Below are positions 52,736-64,000 of a DNA stretch of 64,000 nt, one piece after another. Position 1 is the first letter of the stretch. Each line of letters begins with the position of its first letter. The stretch spans positions 372,001 through 436,000 of the forward strand of contig QPMI01000036.1 of assembly GCA_004431415.1 (NCBI GenBank), given 5' to 3'. The position numbers and the translations under genes are program-made. The notes below the pieces were generated by a model, which was given only the letters and a program-made list of their open reading frames with translations, ran no database searches and had not been told where the DNA came from. The DNA is from Cyanophora paradoxa CCMP329 (lineage: Eukaryota > Plantae > Glaucophyta).

Positions 52736-52932
52736 GGGGGTACAGCATTCAGTTAGAGCCTGAGCGTAGGCAGAGGCCGGGAGGCCCCCCGGGGGGTACG
52801 TCGGCTGTTACTCCCCGCGTCGGTTAGTGCTAGCCCCCCTGTTAGTGCAGCGTGTACCTGATCGCAATATAACACCCAAACCTCCGTGACGCGTGACTCA
52901 TCGAACCTCCGAGGGTTAACAATGCATTGACA

Positions 52933-52958
52933 GCGAAAGGGCAAGCTCGAGAGCTCGA
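52933..52958 (+). repeat. Right terminal direct repeat, within an imperfect hairpin
   Basis: GCGAAAGGGCAAGCTCGAGAGCTCGA; arms AAAGG..AGCT and AGCT..CCTTT pair around CGAG. Confidence 0.6.
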
Positions 52959-53805
52959 CCTTTGGCAAGAGCCCACCTATATATCGAAATCATATGTGAT
53001 GTACATGTACGTGTTTTCCGACTCGGCGAAGTTCCTTGAATCATTGAATGATGGACACCTCTCTGCCCCCCAGCCTGACAGGCCGCCGGGCCCCGGGGCC
53101 CGGTCGGCCACCGTGAGCACTAGTACTGGTCCGACGGTCAAGTTGCAAGTGACTCAGTGATATCATGATATCATGATCATCATGGCATGATCATGATCGG
53201 CGGCTTTGAAATTCGAGGGCTTCCGAAAGTTCGAATTCATGATCATGATCCGATGATCATGATCATTGACAGCCCTGCAGCTGCAGATCATCGGATGTCA
53301 GGCTGACCGTCGGACAGCCCTGACAGCCCGGCGGCCCTGTCCGACGGTCAAGCTGGCTCAGCGGCCCGGCGGCCGCCGGGCCGATCGCGACGTCGACCGC
53401 GGCCGCGCGCGCGCGCGCGCGCCGCGGCGCGCCGATGCCAGGCTGTGCTCGTGCGACCGTCGGACTCGGCGAGCTGCACTGCGACGCTCGATTCAAGATT
53501 CGCAATTATAAGTGCACCGCAGCGTCGACATGGGCTGAAGTCAATCGCGCGCCGGCGTCGGGCTCCCCAGCAGAATTTGATCTGCCCTGGGGGGTTTACA
53601 CAGATTTCAATCGCAAAGCTTGGAGCCAAGCTCACTGTTAACTAGCCAGTTTCGCAGTTCAAGACGCGATGGTGCTCACGTGCGATAAGGCCCGCCACGG
53701 GCACCCCGGCATCACAGCGTGCTGCCCGCGCCACGCGCCGCTCCCGCGCACCGCGTACGAGACGACCAACCAGGACACGTGCGTCACATCTGCTGCTCGA
53801 TCTGA

Positions 53806-54724
53806 ATGTTCGGTCCCTTAAAACGGCACAGGTACCGCTGGATCCAACCGAGAAAGCCCGTCCAGCCGGCGGACCCGGTGCGGCTCTCGACGACGCGGCC
53901 GCACAGCCACCACCACCGGGATCGGGCCGCGGTGGCGGACGTGGCCGAGAACCTCCGCCGCCTCGGCGAGAAGACGTCCGCGCGGCCGACGCGCCGAGCC
54001 TCGCCGGCGCCCTCGTCGCTCGCCCGCCCGGCCGCGGCGCCGCGGCCGGCCTCGGCTCCCCGCGCAAGCTCCGCCGGCCCGGCAACCAGGCGCTCCGTCT
54101 CTCGAACAGTCGCCGTGCAGTACGAGCCGGCGGCGGCGACGGTGGCGCCGGAGCCGATGGCGTCGCAGCCCGCAGTGGAGCTCGCTGCCGCCGACGAGGG
54201 CCCAGCGCCGGCGCCGCCCGTCGAGCCGGCTGCGAGTAGCGGCGAGTGCTCGCACGCGTTCGCCGAGCGCTGGCCGCGCCCCGCCCAGTACGGCTACTAC
54301 GCCCCCGTCTTCGCTTCTGAGTACCGCTCCTCGTTCACGCCGCGGCCGGCGTCTGCGTCGCTCTCCGCGACGCGAATCCGAAGCGAGGTCGACTCGCGAT
54401 ACAGGCACGCGCCCCGCGCCCCCCCGCCCCTCTCCTGGCCTGACGCTGGCGCCCGGACCGTTCCGCAGCCACCTGCGGGGCAGCGGCGTCCTCGTCCGGG
54501 CGGACGCCGAGTGCTCCAACCTCCTCGGTGCGCCCGCGGCGCCCCGAAAGGCCGCCTCTGTTTCACTGCCTTGTTTCACTCCCGCCCCAGCGGGCCCGCC
54601 GCCGTCCAGGGCCGCGGATCGCCCCGGCGCCGTCTCGCGCTCGAGCTCGGGGGACCCCCTGGCGACGCTGCGGCGCGAGCTGATGGCCACGGGCTGGCGG
54701 CCCGGCGCCTCCCGCCGCTGGTGA
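53806..54724 (+). CDS. Hypothetical Pro/Ala/Ser-rich protein, ~2 introns
   Basis: MFGPLKRHRYRWIQPRKP...FASEYRSSFTPRP...RSEVDSRY, then spliced exons ending LATLRRELMATGWRPGASRRW*. Confidence 0.5.
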
Positions 54725-54939
54725 TCATGATCCCTGCCTCGGCGCCTCTGAGGTCCCGATGTGCCGGGCGCCCGCCCCCCTCCTCTGTGGCGCACTGGGC
54801 GATCGCTTGGAACGGAGAGGACCCGTCGGCTGCGGCGAGGTCGGGGGCCCGGGGCAGGGGGCAGTGGTTCACGACCCCACGACTTGCGCAATCCATTTCA
54901 AGGGGCAGCCACGGAGTCGCGAAGTACCGACCGGCCGGG

Positions 54940-57454
54940 CTAGCGCTGCGGTGGGAGCGGGGGCAGGAGGCAGACGGGGGGCCGGCCGCGGGAGCCCGGG
55001 GCGGCGTCGGCGCCCTCCTCCACGGCGCGGTCGATGCCGGCCACCAGGTCGGCCACGCTCCGCGGCTCCACGCACCACGAGACCCGCTTCCCGCTCGCCC
55101 CGTACAGCTCCTCCCCCGCCTTCGCCGCCTCCTCCGCGCTGCGGCCGCCGCGCGGGTCGGATCAGAGCCGGGCTCGAGCGGCGGGGCCGGGACGCGGCGG
55201 GGGGAGGGCCCGGCCGGCACCTGTTCCAGAGGAGGGCGGCGGAGCTCCCGTCCTCGAACTTGGCTGCGGGGCGCGGGGCGCCGTCATCTCAGCAGCCCCG
55301 CCGGCGCGCCCCCCGCTTCGACGCACCGAGCATGGGGCGGCTCTCGCTGCCGTTGCGGACGCCGTGCAGGGGCCGCGCCAGGGCCGACGCCTCGCCCTCG
55401 GGGCCGGCCGGCAGGAGCCCCCACGCCACCAGCGCCGCCGCCCGCTCCTCGGGGGTCCCGAGGGGCGCCACCGCCTCCTCGCCCTCGCCGCACGCCGCCT
55501 CGGCCCCGCACGCCGCCTCCGCCGCGCGGCGCCAGAGGCGCGCGCGCACGGCACCCGCCGCCGCCTCGAGGCGCGTCGCGGCCGCCTCCTGCGTGGCGGC
55601 CCACCACTCGCGGGCCGCGGGGGCCTCCTCGGGGCAGGCGTCGTCCGGGCCCTCGCCCGGCTGCGCCTCGGACGAGAGGAAGGGCGCCGGGTCGACGGGC
55701 GCCGGGTCGGCGGCGCGGGCCTGCATGCCGCGGAGGTGCGCCGCGCCGACGACGGCGACGACGCGCTCGAGGCCGGAGACGGCGGGGGCGTCCCGCGCGC
55801 TCCACAGGAGCACGGGGTCCCGCTCAGCGAGGTAGACCTCCCGCCACGCCTCCGGCTGGTTCTTCACGAAGAAGTCCACTGCGGGGGCCGGGGTACCGCT
55901 GACTCAGAGATCGCATGCAGGGGCGAGGGGCGCGCCCCCGCACCGTAGAAGGGGTCCGGCGCGTCGTTGTCGCTCACGTCCTGCGGGGGTACGGCGCTCT
56001 CGGAGGGCGATAGGGGGGTACGGGAAGGGGCGCGGGGTACCTCATAGACTGCCTCCTCGGCGGGATCCGAGGCTATCCATCGGAGCAGAAACGGGGCCCG
56101 CCGCCCGTACGCCCGCCAGAGGAGCCGGTGCAGGGGGAACGTGTGCTGGAAGCGCGTCACGTACCTGGGGGTACGGGATTTTTCAGTTCCGCGTGCGGAC
56201 CCGAGGGCAGCACCGGACGCACCCCACAAAGGCGTTGGCGGCGATGAAGAGGGCGGCGGCGAGGGCGGCGAGGGGCCGCCGGCGGAGGACGAGGAGGGGG
56301 ATGAAGACGGCGAAGGCGTAGGCGAGGGCCTTGCAGGCCGTCGGGAGGAAGAACTTGAGGAGGAGATCACGGGGCGAGGACGGGGGCGCCGGGGGCGGCG
56401 GCGAGGGCGGCGCGGCCGGCGCCGGGTCGCGCGCGAGGCGCGCCGCCTCGCGGCGCTTGGTGATCTCGTCCGGGCGGTCGCCTAGCACGAGGCGGGCCCC
56501 TGGCCATGGCGCGAATGTTAAGCAATGCTTCACGTCTTGTGCTTCAAATCTTTACGCGTACCGCAGCGGGCGGCCTCCTCGGCGGCGGCGCGGGCGTCGT
56601 CGCCCGGGGAAATTCCGCGGGCGTGCCAGGCCGCCTCCTCGTCCAGGCGGGCGCAGGCCGCCACGTCCGCCGGGCTGACCTGCCAGAGGGCGCGGGGCCC
56701 GAGGCGGCGGCGCCGCTCCTCGACGAAGGCGTCGACGGACGTGTCGAGGGAGGGCCGCTCGAGCAGCAGCTCCACGCGCGAGGGGCAGAGCTCGAGGACC
56801 ACCGCCTGCGGCCGCACGTGCTGGATCACCCGCCGCACCTCCCGCACGCTCTGCTTCGCTGCGCCGGCGTCGGACGGCGACGCGCGGCGGCGGGTGGTGG
56901 CGGCGGGCGGCTGGCGGCGGGGCGGGCGCACAGCAGTGTCCCGTGCCAAGGACGACGAGCTTCCTCCCGTCCCGTTCCACGGTGAACAGCCGACCCTGCG
57001 CCGCGATTCTCGCCAGCGGGTCCTCTCCGCCGATCCCCGGCTGGCCTGCGCACCCGCCGATCGATCAGCGCACGCGCCGCAGCAACCGCGCCGCAGACGC
57101 ACGGCGAGCCGCGCCCGACGGCGACGCCGGTGGAGTATGAGGCGCCTCTCCCGGCTGCGCGCCGCCAGCGGGCTCAACGCCGCCGGCGCCAGCAGTCGGC
57201 TCCGGGCTGCCGGGCGCCGCCGGGCCGCTGGGCGTCGGCTCAGCGCTGCACACCAGCAAGAGCGCACGCTGCGGGCGCCGGATTGCCTGCGCGACCGATG
57301 ATCAGGTGGCGCGCTCGTTTTAAGGCGGGGCCAGCCGGCAATGATCGGCGCGGACCGGCCGGCGTGCGCCCGCGAGAAAGTCGGCCGATCGCCTCGCTTT
57401 GAGCTCAAGACCGATCGGCGCCGGCGAGACGAACCACGCGAGCTTCGCTGGCAT
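54940..57454 (-). CDS. TraB/PrgY-family protein with probable plastid transit peptide; multi-exon
   Basis: KLVVLGTGH, SVREVRRVIQHVRPQAVVLELCPSR, LVLGDRPDEITKRR, YLAERDPVL, RVVAVVGAAHLRGM; N-terminus MPAKLAWFVSPAP. Confidence 0.85.
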
Positions 57455-57597
57455 CGCGGCCGGGGTCCAGTTCCACAGCGTCGTACCCCGCCCGGCTAGT
57501 TGCAACATCCAAAAACACCGCACCACAATCCGACAGCAGCAGAGCAGCAGAAGCGACAACAGAGCCCCGGGAGCGGCAGCAGAGCGCGGAACGCGCA

Positions 57598-59306
57598 ATG
57601 TCCAACACAGGGAAGTACAAGGACCGCATGCCGCATATGCGGTGAGCACCTCGGCCTTCCGGCTGCCCCGGGGCGGGGAGGAGCGTGCTGTGGTCGCGCT
57701 ATACATAGCAGACCACTCTGAGGCCCGGGGCGCCCTCCGCGATGCGCAGCACCGTCGGGAGCTAACTTCGAATCGCGCAGGCCTGCGGGTATCGTCACCG
57801 CCATAGCAGATGAGAACGCGGCGACTTGCATAAAGGAAGAAGCGCAAAACCGGCCTCCCACGCCCCCGGAGATCCGAAAGTACAGGCGGAGCGCAAACCT
57901 TGAGGTAGGCGCCCCCGCCCGGCACTCGCGGCGTGCCCTCGTGAACCCGGGCCACGCAGCCCGGCTCGCGCTACGTGCACTATGGCGTTGCGGGCGACCC
58001 GAAGCCGCTGCCGGACAATTTTAGCTATGGCGTGAAGACGTACAAGGGCGCGAGGGCGGGCGAGGTAGTCAGCGGCGTCCCGAAGAGCGAACTACAGGAG
58101 CTCGTGGAGGAGCGCGCGGAGCAGGTGTACGCCAGCACCAAGAAGGAGCCGCTCGGCCGGGGCTTCAGCCGGGACTACAAGTGCGCGGCGCCCTCCCGCG
58201 CGGGGCCTGCGTGCGCCTTACGCCTCTCTTCCCGCGCAGCCTTCCGGGGAAGGTGACCGCGCCGGACTTCAAGCACGGGCGGCCGACGAAGTTCGACGAG
58301 GTCGGCCCCTTTCCTTTCCTTTCCGGCACGGCCGCACGCTGACCGGACGGCCCTCCCGCAGTCCGTGAAGTACACGCTGTACCCGGAGGACCCCGACGAG
58401 GATCCCGAGGCCGCGCGCGAACTGTACATCAAGGTGCGCGTCCGCGGCGCCGCGGGCCCGCCGCGCGGCGCCAGCGGCCGGCTGACGGGGCTGGTGTGCG
58501 CAGAGCCACGGGGCGTACGAGCCGGGCGAGCAGCGGGACCGGAAGTACAGGTGGCCGGTGGACAAGAACACGCACAGGTTCGGGGGCAAGGACAAGGAGG
58601 ACTACCGGGAGGGCGTGCGCAAGGCTCTCAACCCGGAGCTGGACGACACGGTCCCGAGGCCCTCGACGATCGTGGCGGCCCCCGTGGCGGCGGCGAAGAT
58701 GCTGCAGCACGACGAGGTCGGGCGCTGCAAGACCCTCGGGCACGGCCGCAGCGTCCCCGAGGACCACATCTTCGGCGTCCCCTCCATCCGCGGCGAGCAG
58801 CCGTCCGCCAAGGAGTGCCTCACGGGGTACAGCCTCGCCGACCAGCAGCCGGACGCCGACCTGGGGCGGAGCCGCCGCTTCGGGTTCCGGAACGTGACGT
58901 CGGAGAATCGCCTCTTCGGCGTGCCCTCCATCCGCGGGGACATCCCCGCCCCGCGGGTGCGCTCGGTGGCGGACACGCAGAACTACGGCAACGAGCCCGA
59001 GGCCGTCGACCTGCTGTACCCCTCCAAGTACGCCCCCATCGGCATCCATGACACCGACATGCTCAAGGCGAGCGAGCCCGGCGCCCCCCTCCCCATCGGA
59101 GGTCCCGCGTCTGACGCGCGCGCGCGCCCCGCCCGCAGGTGCGGGCCAAGGAGGAGCTAAAGGACATCGTGGTGGCGGCGGGCATCGCCCACGCGGACGA
59201 GTTCGACCGCGTCTTCGAGAAGGCGCGCACCTACGACGAGGCGGGCGCCGGCGCCCGCGTCAACGTCGAGACCTTCCGCCGCGCCCTCCTCGAGCTCTCC
59301 GCATAG
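57598..59306 (+). CDS. EFHB: EF-hand domain family member B (CFAP21)-like axonemal protein; multi-exon
   Basis: EQVYASTKKEPLGRG, SHGAYEPGEQRDRKYRW, PDADLGRS, LFGVPSIRGDIPAPRVRSVADTQNYGNEPEAVDLLYPS. Confidence 0.85.
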
Positions 59307-59713
59307 CCCCGCCCCACCCCGCGCCCCCTCCGCGCCCGCCCCTCCATTCCCCACCGACCCGCCCCCGCTTCTGTCCCGCCGGCGCCCGCCCCTCTTTGAA
59401 GCCCCACCCGCCTGCCCTGTAAATCTCCCCTCCCCGGCCGCCCTCTCGCCTCGCCCCCAGTCCCCTCTTTGTCTCACGAATCGACCGTTTTCCCTTTCAG
59501 CCGCGGGGCATGCGCTGTGGCAGAGATAGGGCAGCGGGGGGGAGAGGCGCGGGCTTCATCTGATGCGCAATATATATAATGTAATAGGAACACTCAAAAA
59601 AGCGCGAGCGATTCGTTCTTAGCTGAAAGAGGCCCCCGATCGCGAGCTTGGGGGTCTGCAGCAGGCTAGTGCTATGGGAGGCGCGGGGGGGAGCCGAGCC
59701 CCGTCCCGGCGGC

Positions 59714-62140
59714 TCAGTCGGGGCACCAGAGGGCCCGCATGATGGGCTCCTCGTCCCACGCCGTCGGGGGCGGCGCCGGGAAGGCCTTGCGCCTCACCTT
59801 GCCGCCGGCCGCGAGCACGTAGGGGCCGCCGTTCTGCGGCCGGGGCCCCTCGCGGAGCGACTGCGTGGAGCGCGCGTGCGAGAGGGGCCGCTCGCGCGAG
59901 GGCGGCCGCAGGGGGCCGACGGGCCCCGAGGCGGCGCGCCGCATGCCGCGCTCTGGGCTCGTCGCGGGGCGCGCCAGCGTCGAGAGGCTCGCCGGCGACT
60001 GCACGGGGCTCGTCGCCGGCCGCGGCGCCGGCCCCGCCCCCGGCGACGTCGGGCTCTGCGGGCCCTCCGCCCCCAGCGCGCTCGCCTGCGGGCGGGCGGG
60101 CGGGCTCAGCGCCGGCGGGGACCGATCCGAGCGGGGAGGGCGCGCACGCGGCGGGAGAGGGAGAAGATGGGGTCGTGGGGCGTAGTGGGGCATGACGAAG
60201 AGGCCGATGCGGGGGATGACGGGCGGCGGCCGGTAGCTCGCCAGCCGCCCCGTCGAGAAGCCGCCCCGACGGGCGGCAGCGACGAGTCGGGCCGGCCCGA
60301 CGCCGCCGTCCGCTGCGTCGCCGCCGGCCCCGAGCGCGCCGTCGCCGCGTCCGCGGGGGCCAGCGCGAGCCGCTCGGAGGGCGGCGCCTGCCCCGCGGGG
60401 AAGCGCACGGGGCGGAGGCCCGCCGGGGCGCCCGAGCCCGTTCCCGGGCGGGAGCCGAAACGCGACGAGGCCGCCCCGAAGCTGACGGCGGAGCCCGGCG
60501 TGAAGGGCCGCCCGGCGCTCCCGCGCGTCGCGGGGCGCAGCAGCTGGGGGCCCACGACCTCCCAGTATTTCACGTTGGAGCGCCGCATGACGCGGGCGGC
60601 GAGGCGGCAGAGTCCCATGCGCAGGAAGGACTGGATGCAGACCGCCGCCGCCGCGTGCAGGAGGACGTCCCGCCTGCGGAACAGCCCGACGGCCTCCCGC
60701 CGCGCCCGGCCCCGCCTGAACACCGCCTGGATCGCCGCCGCCGCGTCCTGCAAGGCGGGAGGGGGGGCGTCGGCGGGGGCGCGGCTCGGCTCGGGGGACG
60801 GGCGGAGGCGGGCTCGCCTCGAGCTGGCGCCGGACGGCGTCCCTGCGGAGCCAGCGGAGGAAGCTGCGGGCGATGGCGCGCCGCCCCGCCGCCTGCAGGA
60901 TCGCCGCCGCCGACCACCGCTCCAGCTCCAGCTTCTGCAGCGCCAGCAGCCGCCGCTCGCACCGCGCCCGGTACACCCGCGCCGCCCCCACGATCTGAGG
61001 GTGGGGGGCGCGGAGGGTCGGCCGGCCGCTCGGGGGCACACGGCCCGGGCGGCAGCCCGCGGCGCACCTTGCAGGCCGCTGCCGCCATGCGGAGCACGCG
61101 GGCGGCGTGCGCGCGCTTCAGAGCCCGCCTCCGCCGCACGCACGCCTGCATCAGCACGGTCAGCGCCCGCGGGGGCCGGCCCCGGGGCGGGGGGAAGGAC
61201 CTGAAGGGCGATGGCCGATTGTTGCGCTCGCCGCAGGGCCTTCAGCTCGCGCCGCGCCGCGAAGGTCCTTTGGGGGAGGAATGAGGGCGGGGGCGGGGGC
61301 GAAAGGGGGGTACGGCCCGGCACCTGGCGGCGGCCTGTACCCTGGACGCGGAGGCCCCCCGCCGGGCCAGCTCCTCCTCCCTCGCCTCGAGCTCCCTCCT
61401 CCGCTCGGCCCTCGCCAGCCGCCGTCGCACCGCGCTCTGAACGAGCGTCGCCGCGTACCCCTGCAGGTACAGCTGCCGCAGCGGGCCCAGCTGCCTCGCC
61501 GCCAGCCGCCGCCTCACGGCCGCCTGGATCGCCCGCGCCGCGACCAGCCGCATCTCTCTGTCCATGCGCAGCTCCGCCCTCCTCCTCCGGCCCGCGTACC
61601 CCCGCCAGGCGCTCTGCAGCAGGATCGACGCGTACTTGTCCACGCGGCCCCAGTAGTAAAAGCGCTGCGCGAGGCGGCGCCGGTAGGTCGCCTGGATGAT
61701 CTCCGCGCCCCGCTGCCGCGCCTGCGCGACCAGCAGGAACGCCTTCCGCGCGAAGTGCTGCAGCGTTGCCGCCTGGATCCGCGTCGCCGCTGCGGAGGGC
61801 CGCGGCGGTCGGGGCCGCAGCGCGTGAGCAAAGGCCGCCCGAGCGAGAGATATCGCGCTTTGCGCACCATCCTCGCGCAGACCCTCCTCCACGGCGAGGG
61901 AGACCTCCTCGATGAGAGCGACAATGCCATACAGATGAGACTCCTCCGCCACATTCGAGGCCTGGCGCGCAGACACGTAAGTGGCACGATGTGAGTGCGG
62001 GGGACCGCAAGGGAGCTCTCGGCCCTCGCCGGGCGAGCGGGGCGGCGGCGAGGGACCAGGTTACCGACGCGCACCTCGTCAAGGGCGGCCTCTGCCAGCT
62101 CCTCCGCCGTGCGCTGAATGCGCGCTGAGCTATTCTCCAT
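59714..62140 (-). CDS. IQ calmodulin-binding repeat protein; multi-exon
   Basis: Repeated IQ motifs: AATRIQAA, AEIIQATYRRRLA, SILLQSAWRGYAGR, ARAIQAAVRRRLA, AAAIQAVFRRGRAR, VCIQSFLRMGLCR. Confidence 0.8.
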
Positions 62141-62462
62141 GTCTTCTCAACAGAAGAGGCTTGACGGAGCGCCCCGCTCCCGCATCACGCGGCTGCAACG
62201 CCACCAACGCCGGGACGCGGCGCGGCTGCAGTTCGAAGCCCAGGAAGCCAACAGAAGGATACTTTAGATTCCCGGCTCGCTCGCGGCAGTTAGCTATGCC
62301 GAGGTTGCGAAGAGACCGGTGCCCGGCCAAATTCGTCGGGGAGATCCAGGGGTGCAAGCAGCTTTTAGCGTTGATCTTCTGCTCAATAAACTTGGACTCG
62401 CTTGGTCATGCGGCCGCTGGAAACGAAAGCCGCTTTTCTGGGGTACAGCTGTTCGTCCCGTG

Positions 62463-64000
62463 ATGCTGGCGCTGGCGTTCTCAAAGCGGCCGAGCGCACG
62501 CGCGCTCGCGGCCCTTGTGCCAAGGCGGTACGCCTCGGTGGACTGGAAGGTGCCCGCCGCCGACCTTCTTATGCCGCCGAGCCCCGAGCGGTCTTCCTGC
62601 AGACCGCCGGCAACCGGCCGCTCCGCGAGGTCGATCCCGATGTGTTCGACATCATAGAAAAGGAGAAGAACCGCCAGTGGAAGGGCCTTGAGCTGATCGC
62701 TTCTGAGGTCCGAGGGCTCGCAAGGCCCGCGCGCGCCGCCGCGGGCTGAATCGCTGCAGAACTTCACCTCCCGTGCGGTGCTCGAGGCTCTGGGGTCATG
62801 CATGACGAACAAGTACTCTGAGGGCCTGCCCGGCGCCAGGCACGCAATGCCAATCAAGCGGCCCGCCGCGCGCAATGACGCGAGGCGGCCGCAGGTACTA
62901 CGGCGGCAACGAGTTCATCGACCAGAACGAGCGGCTGTGCCAGAAGCGCGCTCTGGAGGCCTTCCGCCTCGACCCCGAGCTCTGGGGCGTGAACGTGCAG
63001 ACCCTCTCGGGTGCGCCGCGCCGCCGCCCGCGCCCGCCCGCTCCGACGCCGGCACCCGGGCAGGCACGCCGGCGAACTTCGCCGTGTACACTGGCGTCCT
63101 CAAGCCGCACGACCGCATCATGGCGCTCGACCTCCCCCACGGCGGGCAGTGCGCCCCGCCCCCGCCCCCGCCCCGCCCCGCCCGCCCGCCGACGACAACG
63201 GACCGCAGCCTCTCGCACGGGTACATGACGGACAAGAAGCGCGTCTCGGCCACCTCCATCTTCTTCGAGTCGATGCCGTACCGCCTGAACCCCGTGCGCG
63301 CCGTACCCCCGGCGCCCTCGCCCCCCACGGCCCGCCGACGGGGCGCGTCAGGCGACGGGCATCATCGACTACGACCGCCTGGAGGAGAACGCGGCGCTCT
63401 TCCGGCCCAAGCTCATCGTCGCCGGCGCCTCGGCCTACCCCCGCAACTACGACTACCCCCGCATGCGCAAGGTCGCGGACAACAGCGGGGCGTACCTCAT
63501 GGCCGACATGGCCCACATCAGCGGCCTCGTGCGCCCCTCCGCCCCGCCCCGCCGCGCGGGCCGCCGCCGACGCGGGCGGGCGGGCGGGGCGGCAGGTGGC
63601 GGCTGGCCTGGTGCCCTCGCCGTTCGACCACTCGGACATCGTCACGACGACGACGCACAAGACGCTGCGGGGCCCCCGCGGCGGCATGATCTTCTTCCGC
63701 AAGGGCACTCGCTCCAAGGACGCCAAGGGCAACGGTCCGCGCGCCGCCCGCCCGCCCCGCCGGCGCGCCGGAACGCGGACCGAAGCGCGTGCGTGCGGTG
63801 GCAGTGACGATGTACGACCTGGAGGATAAGATCAACTCGGCGGTCTTCCCGGGGCTGCAGGGCGGCCCGCACAACCACACCATCGCGGCCCTCTCCGTCG
63901 CGCTCCTCGAGGCCAACTCGGAGCCCTTCCGGGCCTACCAGAGGCAGGTCAAGGCCAACGCGCAGCGCATGGCCGCGGCTCTCATGTCCAAGGGGTACAC
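62463..64000 (+). CDS. SHMT: Serine hydroxymethyltransferase, probably mitochondrial; continues beyond the right edge
   Basis: GLELIASE|[12 protein letters not shown]|[58 protein letters not shown]; Arg-rich presequence [25 protein letters not shown]. Confidence 0.97.

Larger units (their letters stand above)
34630..52958. mobile_element. ~18.3-kb endogenous virus-like element (HUH/YqaJ-encoding, with structural and fibre genes)
   Basis: Abrupt change from intron-rich extreme-GC host DNA to ~15 tightly packed uninterrupted ORFs of lower GC with viral domains (YqaJ, HUH, HNH, S74 chaperone, tail-fibre repeats, FN3); imperfect 26-bp direct repeat at both ends; host-type intergenic motifs resume outside. 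Confidence 0.88.

Noticed and set aside
51964-52800. GGGGGTAC as an element-specific terminator
   Set aside because: The same word occurs in host introns (~11860, ~56015, ~56167, ~61306), so specificity is unproven; mentioned only as a side note.
34630-52958. Classification as a canonical Polinton/Maverick, PLV, virophage or Helitron
   Set aside because: No pPolB, rve integrase, tyrosine recombinase, Walker-A packaging ATPase, cysteine protease, DJR-sized MCP, terminal inverted repeats or RepHel helicase recognisable by eye; remote homologues cannot be excluded without profile searches.
34630-52958. Bacterial prophage contamination
   Set aside because: No consistent Shine-Dalgarno sites and no terminase or portal; AAATG start context, NLS/SIM-like motifs, a putative spliceosomal intron and host-type DNA on both flanks favour a eukaryotic element. 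Read support is still needed.

Overview
Very GC-rich eukaryotic nuclear DNA with densely packed genes and many short spliceosomal introns (~50-100 nt), an unusually large share of them GC-AG. Phe-containing plastid-type transit peptides plus a flagellar gene suggest a flagellated primary-plastid alga, most plausibly a glaucophyte such as Cyanophora (inference). Host genes, left to right: LTN1 (5' part), LMW tyrosine phosphatase, two unknowns, organellar RF3/prfC, calcineurin B, MOV10/SDE3-like helicase, a coiled-coil protein, an RluD-type pseudouridine synthase, a Zn-knuckle/RING protein and a CBM20 coiled-coil protein; after the insert come an unknown, a TraB-family protein, EFHB, an IQ-repeat protein and SHMT (5' part). 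The standout is an ~18.3-kb lower-GC, essentially intron-free, virus-like insertion at ~34630-52958. It is bounded by an imperfect 26-bp direct repeat with hairpins and carries three telomere-like (GGGACTT)7-8 modules and a shared TTTCK-N12-18-ATG upstream motif. It encodes a YqaJ/lambda-exonuclease fused to an HUH rolling-circle endonuclease, two paralogous beta-rich proteins, a penton-like protein, three fibre/adhesin proteins, small membrane proteins, a degenerate HNH and a GNAT. I see no integrase, pPolB, packaging ATPase or protease, so it does not fit Polinton/PLV/virophage templates and may be an undescribed HUH-mobilised endogenous virus or satellite. Gene models were built by eye; exon boundaries and some starts are approximate. 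Most long Arg/Gly/Pro/Ala ORFs in the supplied track are GC artefacts.
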